This document shows, piece by piece, positions 8,048 through 14,010 of a stretch of 35,544 nucleotides of DNA; position 1 is the first letter of the stretch, and every line of letters begins with the position of its first letter. The position numbers and the translations under genes are program-made. The stretch is from IMG/VR virus record IMGVR_UViG_3300049215_000193, positions 1-35,544 of that record; one strand, 5' to 3'. The notes under the pieces were generated by a model. It was not told where the DNA came from. It did not search any database and saw only the letters and a program-made list of their open reading frames with translations. The DNA is from a virus.

Positions 8048-8377
8048 TTAAACGTAATAACCAGAAAGATAAATATTACCGGTTCCAGCAGTTCCTTTTG
8101 CATATACTTTGGTTCCCTTAGGCATTAATGCTAGATCAGAATTAGGTCTGGCATTATCTTGAAATCCAAAAGTTACTGATTGATTGGGAAGTACCACTTC
8201 ATGATCAGTTCTTCCATCATAACTTATAGTGACAAGTGTCGAACTGGAACTATTAATTCTGAGAATTGAACAGGCACCTGGTAGACCACTCGTATTTATA
8301 ACTTGATACGTGGCAGTTAATGCCGATGATGCAATGCTCGTTAAGGGAATTGGCTTTATTTTAGATTGTGCCATCAT
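8048..8377 (-). CDS. Small beta-rich protein (paralogue of 7694..8038)
   Basis: 109 aa. AAGGAGAAA lies inside the end of the upstream ORF and the two genes overlap by 17 nt. Confidence 0.6.
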   Translation of the reverse strand: MMAQSKIKPIPLTSIASSALTATYQVINTSGLPGACSILRINSSSSTLVTISYDGRTDHEVVLPNQSVTFGFQDNARPNSDLALMPKGTKVYAKGTAGTGNIYLSGYYV

Positions 8378-8558
8378 TTTCTCCTTGTGATTTTTGATCT
8401 ACGTCTTGAATAGATTTGGCAATATTGTCTTTAACAGCGTTCATAAAAGCAAAAGAGGCATCTAATGCCTCGCCCCAAGTTGCCGCTGATGGAACACAAA
8501 AACTGAATGTGTGATTTCCATGCTTAGTTTCGAATACAATTTTTTGATGAATATCCAT
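8361..8558 (-). CDS. Hypothetical small protein
   Basis: 65 aa with AGGAG 7 nt upstream. It is the first gene after the 8559..8669 intergenic region. Confidence 0.55.
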   Translation of the reverse strand: MDIHQKIVFETKHGNHTFSFCVPSAATWGEALDASFAFMNAVKDNIAKSIQDVDQKSQGENDGTI

Positions 8559-8576
8559 ATAGTATCTCCTAGAAGT

Positions 8577-8593
8577 CGTGACAAAATGTCACG
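8577..8593 (-). promoter_or_regulatory. Perfect 7-bp stem / 3-nt loop hairpin (cgtgaca-aaa-tgtcacg) in the 5' leader, 6 nt upstream of the SD of 8361..8558
   Basis: Read directly. Its function (leader stabiliser, attenuator or protein site) is unknown. Confidence 0.35.
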
Positions 8594-8615
8594 GGTTGTT
8601 TTTGATGTTATATTA

Positions 8616-8644
8616 ACCCCCCAAAGCTCAAAACTCTAGGGGGT
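8616..8644 (-). terminator. Strand-specific hairpin after fibre gene 8670..9338 (11-bp stem including two G-U pairs on the minus-strand RNA)
   Basis: Minus strand: ACCCCCTAGAG-TTTTGAG-CTTTGGGGGGT. The wobble pairs become mismatches on the plus strand. The U tail is weak. Confidence 0.4.
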
Positions 8645-8669
8645 CACGGAGAATAGTAATGAATATATT

Positions 8670-9338
8670 TTAAGGAGCTATATCCGTCACATATGGAATG
8701 TAGCGAATATCCGCATCAACATATATTTTCATCCAACCAGTGTTAGAAGAGTTATTTGCAGTTGTCGTATTGAACGTAACTACTCCAGCTGCTAATGATT
8801 CATTGGTTACGTTGGTGAATGTTATACCACTTAATATAGATCCTTCATCCCCTAAAGTGACTAAACTGCCACCTTGTACATAACCTGCTGTTGCCAACAC
8901 ATTACCAGTATTAGAGGTAATATCATTTTGAGCTTGTATAGTTGTAGAACTTTGAATAGTATTCGCAGTTATTCCCGTAGAAGCATTAAGAGAAGTAGTT
9001 ACTATTCCACCAGTTGATTGTATTACCCCAGTAAAAGTTGCGACTGTAGGAACAGCGCTGGTAACTGTTGCCCCTCCTGGAAGAGTCAGTGATTGACTTA
9101 CAGTAAGATTGTCGAAATCACCAGTCCCACCTCCGCCACCTGTCCAAGTAGGTGCACCAGCTGAAAATGAAGTAAGAGTATAGGTCGCATTCCCTACTGT
9201 ATCAACCCATACTTGGCCAATTTCATATTTATCATTGGCGTTAGGAGCTCTTCTCGCCACGATTGGTTCAAGAGCAGCATTCATTTGAGGATTAGGATAA
9301 CCGTACAATGAGTTACGGCGTGTGACTTTAGTAGCCAT
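8670..9338 (-). CDS. Tail fibre-like protein with a class A-related N-terminal anchor motif
   Basis: 222 aa with a TAAGGAG SD. RAPNANDKYEIGQVWVDTVGNATYTLTS...APTW followed by a Gly run resembles the N-termini of 2532..3818 and 3828..5897. The rest is Thr/Ser/Gly-rich. Confidence 0.65.
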   Translation of the reverse strand: MATKVTRRNSLYGYPNPQMNAALEPIVARRAPNANDKYEIGQVWVDTVGNATYTLTSFSAGAPTWTGGGGGTGDFDNLTVSQSLTLPGGATVTSAVPTVATFTGVIQSTGGIVTTSLNASTGITANTIQSSTTIQAQNDITSNTGNVLATAGYVQGGSLVTLGDEGSILSGITFTNVTNESLAAGVVTFNTTTANNSSNTGWMKIYVDADIRYIPYVTDIAP

Positions 9339-9404
9339 AGTATCTCCTTAAGAGTGAAACTTATATCTCTATCATAGAATCTCAGACTTTTAGTTAACAA
9401 GTAG

Positions 9405-9432
9405 TTGACAAACATTCCACTATGTTTATAGT
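9405..9432 (+). promoter_or_regulatory. Sigma70-like promoter TTGACA-N16-TATAGT for the plus-strand island
   Basis: -35 at 9405..9410 and -10 at 9427..9432, read directly. It lies just upstream of ORF 9448/9481. Confidence 0.6.
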
Positions 9433-9434
9433 GG
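9417..9434. promoter_or_regulatory. Perfect palindrome CCACTAT-GTTT-ATAGTGG overlapping the -10 element; candidate operator
   Basis: Read directly; the two 7-bp arms are exact reverse complements. Confidence 0.5.
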
Positions 9435-9480
9435 TTATATATACAAGTTGATAACGAGTGAATATGAAGAATTGAAATCT

Positions 9481-9678
9481 ATGACAGTTGAAAAAAAGAG
9501 AAAGCAAATCGTATGGGATGTGCAGCCTGACTTGCATCTAGACATAAAAATTAGAGCTGCTAAAAAAGGCATGAGCATGAATCTCTGGATCATGCGTGCT
9601 ATATACGATCAAATAAAACGAGAGAATAATGAACGTCTTCAAATAAAGGATGAAGAATGGAAAGAAGATACTGTATGA
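9481..9678 (+). CDS. Ribbon-helix-helix (Arc/CopG-like) DNA-binding protein
   Basis: MTVEKKRKQIVWDVQPDLHLDIKIRAAKKGMSMNLWIMRAIYDQI fits the RHH strand-helix-helix pattern. The ORF track starts at TTG 9448, so the start is uncertain. Confidence 0.6.
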   Translation: MTVEKKRKQIVWDVQPDLHLDIKIRAAKKGMSMNLWIMRAIYDQIKRENNERLQIKDEEWKEDTV

Positions 9679-9950
9679 ACTGTGGTGATCTCTACACCAA
9701 CAAGAATACAAAATTCTGTAGACATGAATGTTACGCGCGACATAAAGCAAGAACAGAATTGAATGCAGAATATATGGCAGGACTTATAGGAGATAAGTTA
9801 GTCATACGAAAGATTTTATTGGCTGCGAGTATGGTTGGTGCAGCAGCTGGAACAATTTTTTTGATATTTGTTTCGCTAATAATGACGGGGTCGGTCTTAG
9901 TCGGGCTGGCTCTAGTAATGATAATAGCACTAGCGAGCTACAGTATCTAA
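9657..9950 (+). CDS. Membrane-anchored zinc-ribbon protein (N-terminal C-X2-C-X11-C-X3-C, C-terminal TM segments)
   Basis: 97 aa with AAGGA upstream. Contains CMNC...FCRHEC, then hydrophobic AASMVGAAAGTIFLIFVSLIMTGSVLVGLALVMIIALA. Confidence 0.65.
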   Translation: MERRYCMNCGDLYTNKNTKFCRHECYARHKARTELNAEYMAGLIGDKLVIRKILLAASMVGAAAGTIFLIFVSLIMTGSVLVGLALVMIIALASYSI

Positions 9951-9953
9951 AAA

Positions 9954-9999
9954 AAGCCTGTGAGATAACGTCACAGGCTTAGTTATTTTACTTATTTTA
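9954..9999 (+). terminator. Rho-independent terminator (10-bp stem aagcctgtga / tcacaggctt, 7-nt loop, T-rich tail)
   Basis: Read directly 4 nt after the stop of 9657..9950. Confidence 0.65.
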
Positions 10000-10010
10000 A
10001 TGGAGAAATT

Positions 10011-10127
10011 ATGTCAGATATCATGGACTTATTAATTGGATGCATCTACTTAACTGCAATGCTCCTTTGTGCCACAATCCCTTTCGCATTATGCGTTCGA
10101 GTGTTTAGATTTATTGTAAATCGTTAA
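10011..10127 (+). CDS. 38-aa hydrophobic peptide (below the ORF-track cutoff)
   Basis: Translated by hand: MSDIMDLLIGCIYLTAMLLCATIPFALCVRVFRFIVNR. GGAG lies 6 nt upstream. Confidence 0.4.
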   Translation: MSDIMDLLIGCIYLTAMLLCATIPFALCVRVFRFIVNR

Positions 10128-10151
10128 TTCCAACTAAATGAAGAGGTTATC

Positions 10152-10319
10152 ATGGAACAAAAAAATATTTGTATAGATATGAACTGTGGATGGAGATGCG
10201 AAAGAAAAATGCATGGATTTGGAACAGTGATTTTTGCATTCATGTTTCCTTATGTTGCAATATTTTTTGCATTAATAAAATATTTCTATATTCAACAACC
10301 TACTATCAAATCAAATTAG
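10152..10319 (+). CDS. 55-aa Cys-rich N-terminus plus TM peptide (below the ORF-track cutoff)
   Basis: Translated by hand: MEQKNICIDMNCGWRCERKMHGFGTVIFAFMFPYVAIFFALIKYFYIQQPTIKSN. GAAGAGG lies upstream. Its 3' end overlaps the convergent gene by 4 nt. Confidence 0.4.
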   Translation: MEQKNICIDMNCGWRCERKMHGFGTVIFAFMFPYVAIFFALIKYFYIQQPTIKSN

Positions 10320-11611
10320 GACAAAAATAGCTTGGCGATACCATCAAGATCGGTCTTAATAGCATCTTGAACTTGCTGTTCAAGATCTAAAGGCCTTTTG
10401 CCGCCATTTTCCTTAATGATTTTTCTTGCTGCATTCGCCTCTATTTGTGATGCGTCATTCAAAGCCTTTAAGTTATGTATAACGCGCTTCTTTCCCGAAT
10501 CCGTTTGCATCAAAGTTGGGACTGTTTGCATGAAAGCCCTCAAGTCAGCGTCAGTAAGCCGAGATCCAAAGTATTGCTTAGCATTTTTCACAAAGTCAGC
10601 GGATAATTTCTCAAACTCTTCAACATCTGGGTTTCTTCCCCTTATTACAGATTTAACAGCACCTGCAAGTGGGGAAACAAGACTGCCCAATATACCACCA
10701 CCTATTCCTCCAATCACAGTTCCGATTGCTGGAACTACTGATCCAATAGCTGCGCCTGCTGCTGCTCCGCCTCCTGGGCCTGCAAGACCTGAATCTTCTA
10801 TTTTATTTAAAAAAGTCCACAGCCCTGAATTAGGAAGATTTCCTTTTTCGATAAGCTTGGTCATGCGGTCTAAACGCAGGTTGTTTTCCTTAGAAGCTTT
10901 TTGAGATTTCAATACAGTGTCTGCATATTCTTTTGTTTCACGCATAGCTTCTTTTTGTTCTTCTCGAGCGATTTTTCTATCTTCGGCTGCTTGCTTCAGT
11001 TCTAGAGATTTTTCTCTCAATTCTATTTGTCTCTCTTGAGCTTTTTGCATCGGGGATTTGAATAAATCTTGAAGAGCTTGAGTATTTTGAGCTGTGCGAG
11101 GTTGTTCTGTTACGACATTTCCTGTAGGAGTTTGTTTTATCTGCGGAATTTCCTGGAAAGGTGCTACTTGAGGCTGCTGTTGCAACCCTGCAAAGTTAGA
11201 AAAAGGCAAAGCTTGTCTGAGATTCGCCATCTGCTCTAAAGTAAGAGCTGGTTGTACCGCTCTTTGACCTGCTTGTTCAGCTCCTTGCATTTGAGATGCC
11301 GCTCCGAGACCCTCAATAAGCCTTTGACTTGCCGAAGGCATAGCAAGTGATTCTTGTGGCGCTTGAAGTTGAGACAATGCACCCAGATTCTGGAATGCTG
11401 CTTTTTGAAGATCTGCAGGAAGGGCTGAAATAAACTGACTTGCTTGAGGATTTATTCCTACTTGTTGCAATCCACGTTGGAGGTTCGATTGCTGTAGTTG
11501 TTGCATCTTTTGTTGTGCCAATAGATCTAAGGCATTCCCTAATGATTGACTTACACCAGACCCAAGTGCTGATCCTAGGCTTGGTAATACTGAATTTAAA
11601 TTTATTGCCAT
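10316..11611 (-). CDS. Gln-rich, coiled-coil protein with a Gly/Ala-rich hydrophobic segment; putative internal virion/ejection protein
   Basis: 431 aa with a TAAGGAG junction. It has Q-rich low complexity, an EEQKE coiled-coil stretch and GLAGPGGGAAAGAAIGSVVPAIGTVIGGIGGGILGSLV. The function is inferred from composition and position. Confidence 0.5.
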   Translation of the reverse strand: MAINLNSVLPSLGSALGSGVSQSLGNALDLLAQQKMQQLQQSNLQRGLQQVGINPQASQFISALPADLQKAAFQNLGALSQLQAPQESLAMPSASQRLIEGLGAASQMQGAEQAGQRAVQPALTLEQMANLRQALPFSNFAGLQQQPQVAPFQEIPQIKQTPTGNVVTEQPRTAQNTQALQDLFKSPMQKAQERQIELREKSLELKQAAEDRKIAREEQKEAMRETKEYADTVLKSQKASKENNLRLDRMTKLIEKGNLPNSGLWTFLNKIEDSGLAGPGGGAAAGAAIGSVVPAIGTVIGGIGGGILGSLVSPLAGAVKSVIRGRNPDVEEFEKLSADFVKNAKQYFGSRLTDADLRAFMQTVPTLMQTDSGKKRVIHNLKALNDASQIEANAARKIIKENGGKRPLDLEQQVQDAIKTDLDGIAKLFLS

Positions 11612-11620
11612 GATTACTCC

Positions 11621-12166
11621 TTATGAACCTTGAGCTAACATGCTTAAAAGTGAACTAATAGCGTTTCCTGCTTCACTTGTACCACCTGTTGCGTAGGCTG
11701 CACCTGCACGCAATCCCGCCTGAGCAAGTTGAGGTAGAATTTGTTGTAAGAATCCACCTTGCTGTGGTGTTTGTATATTAAGATATGGGTCTGTTAGTCC
11801 TAAACCGAGTGCCTGGAGCCCTTGTCCACGAGACTGAAGACCATATTGCGCCTGTTGGGCTGCTAAATTACCTTCAAGACCAACTCCGGCGGATCCTAAA
11901 AGTTGTGCGAATGCTGGCGAGCTTTGCGCTCCTGCCCCCATGGAAGTAAATCGTTCTGCAAGAGATGGGACTGTTATCTCATTAAATTGCCTACGTGCTT
12001 GATCCGCAATAGGAGCAAATCCTTGAGTTGGATTTTGAAATTGTTGCATTCCACCCTGCAAAATCTGTAATATAGCTTGCATTTGCTGAGGGTTGAAGCG
12101 ATTTGGTTGTTGCAATTGTGCTGGGGTTCCTGCGAAGAATGAACCTATAGATTCACCGATAGCCAT
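11621..12166 (-). CDS. Gln/Gly/Ala-rich protein; putative internal virion protein
   Basis: 181 aa with AAGGAG upstream. Low-complexity Q/G/A composition, adjacent to 10316..11611. Confidence 0.5.
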   Translation of the reverse strand: MAIGESIGSFFAGTPAQLQQPNRFNPQQMQAILQILQGGMQQFQNPTQGFAPIADQARRQFNEITVPSLAERFTSMGAGAQSSPAFAQLLGSAGVGLEGNLAAQQAQYGLQSRGQGLQALGLGLTDPYLNIQTPQQGGFLQQILPQLAQAGLRAGAAYATGGTSEAGNAISSLLSMLAQGS

Positions 12167-12247
12167 GCTATCTCCTTTCTATTGTTTTTAAATTGTTTCC
12201 TCCCGTATACTTATACTATATGTATCCTGTTACAAAAAGGAGAATCT

Positions 12248-12595
12248 ATGAAAATAATCCTGCTAATAAGTATGGTGGGTTCTTTCGCACATGCGATGGA
12301 TACTGGCAACAACCAAGTTATTAAACGCAACTCGAGCGCAGAGAGCATTGAGATAGACCTGGAAAAAGGGCATTTATCTATTCCTGTATCGATGGTGGAT
12401 CATCTCTCGTCCCCACCTCCTTCCCAATCGGCTTCTACCCTACAAAATAATGATACGACGACATCGCCCTACAAGACTATAATCATGACAGGGTTAGCCA
12501 GTCTTGTTACTGGTGGCGTAAGCGCTATCATTACTTATTTCTCATCTAAATCAGGAATGTCGAACTCGACATCCTGTCCACCGCCTCTGCAATAG
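12248..12595 (+). CDS. Secreted/membrane-anchored Ser/Thr/Pro-rich protein (moron)
   Basis: Start set at MKIILLISMVGSFAHA (signal-peptide-like) with AAAGGAG 5 nt upstream. A C-terminal TM segment is present (IIMTGLASLVTGGVSAIITYF). It lies on the opposite strand to its neighbours. Confidence 0.6.
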   Translation: MKIILLISMVGSFAHAMDTGNNQVIKRNSSAESIEIDLEKGHLSIPVSMVDHLSSPPPSQSASTLQNNDTTTSPYKTIIMTGLASLVTGGVSAIITYFSSKSGMSNSTSCPPPLQ

Positions 12596-12615
12596 AGGCA
12601 TTATTATCAGCTTCA

Positions 12616-12646
12616 ACGGGCCCTTAACGGGGTCCGTTTTTATTTA
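12616..12646. terminator. Hairpin plus T tract between convergent genes
   Basis: acgggccc-ttaac-ggggtccgt followed by tttttattt. The stem has one mismatch. Confidence 0.45.
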
Positions 12647-13380
12647 GGGCGATTACCTAAGTACTCTTCATATCGAGCTCTTATCTTACGAATCTCATTA
12701 ATGACTCGATGGTATTCAGTTTTGGGAAGATCAGCCAAAGTCTCAAGGCCAAAAAGAGATAGAATATCGGACGTTATATTTTCATATCCATCAAGCTCCA
12801 TCATGAGCTGATTGTATTCATTTCGAGTAATGGTTTCAATGACGATGCGAGCGTCCTTCTTGGTGGGCTTTCGAGCCTCTTTGGCCATATTATCCAACAC
12901 CTGCTCTTCACCATTGTCATCAAAGAAAAGGGGATCATTACTTGAAGGAGCTATGCCAAGCAACATAAGTGCATGCATACGCTTGTGATATTCATAGGTA
13001 TTACCAGTTTGTCGATCAGTCTTTCCAGAAAATACCCGAGCTGTTGACGAAATCCACTGCCCAGATTCATGACCGAGCATTGATTTAAGCAGTGCAGCAC
13101 CTGAGCCTTCATCAAGAAGATCGATGTACTGATAAAAAGAAAGGCCATTGGCAGAAAGCGCCTCTTTTGTAGCGTCTCGAATAGCAGAAAGATTAGCGAA
13201 TTTGCCGCCAGCGGATTCTTCATTGGGAATTAAGTTTTTGTAAGAGCCTTGCGCTTTTGCTAATGCACCCATGAGTTGATCGATCTTTTCTGATCGCTGT
13301 TCCTTTGTGGATGCTTTGGCTTTAGAAAGATCGGACACCATCTCAATGAGGTCGCGAAGCATCTGTTTTATCTCTTGCAT
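12640..13380 (-). CDS. ERF-family single-strand annealing protein, second copy
   Basis: Start set at MQEIKQ (GGAG 5 nt upstream). KFANLSAIRDATKEALSANGLS...LGHESGQWIS...GNTYEYHKRMHALMLLGIAP...FFDDNGEE follows the ERF core pattern. The C-terminal domain also parallels 33073..33669. Confidence 0.65.
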   Translation of the reverse strand: MQEIKQMLRDLIEMVSDLSKAKASTKEQRSEKIDQLMGALAKAQGSYKNLIPNEESAGGKFANLSAIRDATKEALSANGLSFYQYIDLLDEGSGAALLKSMLGHESGQWISSTARVFSGKTDRQTGNTYEYHKRMHALMLLGIAPSSNDPLFFDDNGEEQVLDNMAKEARKPTKKDARIVIETITRNEYNQLMMELDGYENITSDILSLFGLETLADLPKTEYHRVINEIRKIRARYEEYLGNRPK

Positions 13381-13456
13381 ACATTCTCCGTACAAAAAAG
13401 GCAGACGAACCAATCAGTTTTAGGGACTAGAAGGGGGAGGCTCGCCTGCCAATGTC

Positions 13457-14002
13457 TTAATTCTTAAGATATTCAAGGACAACATAGCAACGAGTGAAGG
13501 CACTTCGGTTGCTCGTAGTGGTTATATTAACATTTGTTGCGTCAACATCAAGTTCGATATCGTCACCGGTAGTACTTGCATATGGTATTGGAATATACGC
13601 CAAAGCTATCGGATCAGAAGCTGTGGCGTATATGTTAGTAAAGGTAAAGGTCGAGTTAACATCCGGGATATTGTGAGCCACTGACTTTGTTCCTGCATTG
13701 GGTAATGCTCCAAAATCAACCACCATGCGATACGATTGTCTGAGTTGAGGATTTGCATTGCTCGTGATGGTAGCAGTCGGTTGAAAGAAAACATCTCCTA
13801 TAACGAATTCTTGCTGCACAAAATAGCCACTCGTCTTAGTATTCAAGACGAGGGCTATATTGTTTACGTTTTGGTACAGACGTACCAGGAGCTCTTTAAA
13901 TTCATCGCTATTTACATCAACACGGAATAACTGCTGCACATCCCAAATATTCGTAGTTGGGACAAATGATCCAGGATTTACTTGTTGAGGATAAAAAGCC
14001 AT
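13457..14002 (-). CDS. Virion/tail structural protein (hypothetical)
   Basis: 181 aa with a TAGGAG junction; lies in the structural operon directly after the 720-aa tail protein. Confidence 0.5.
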   Translation of the reverse strand: MAFYPQQVNPGSFVPTTNIWDVQQLFRVDVNSDEFKELLVRLYQNVNNIALVLNTKTSGYFVQQEFVIGDVFFQPTATITSNANPQLRQSYRMVVDFGALPNAGTKSVAHNIPDVNSTFTFTNIYATASDPIALAYIPIPYASTTGDDIELDVDATNVNITTTSNRSAFTRCYVVLEYLKN

Positions 14003-14010
14003 TGTTACTC

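Noticed and set aside
10398-10904. 168-aa plus-strand ORF
   Set aside because: It is antisense to the Gln/Gly-rich gene 10316..11611. It is a low-complexity mirror product (P/A/I-rich) with no SD and lies wholly inside a well-supported gene.
10316-11611. The Q-rich 431-aa protein as a tape measure protein, which would imply a long tail
   Set aside because: It is too short for a typical tape measure. There are no tail tube, sheath or chaperone-frameshift genes nearby, and its composition fits an ejection/internal protein better.
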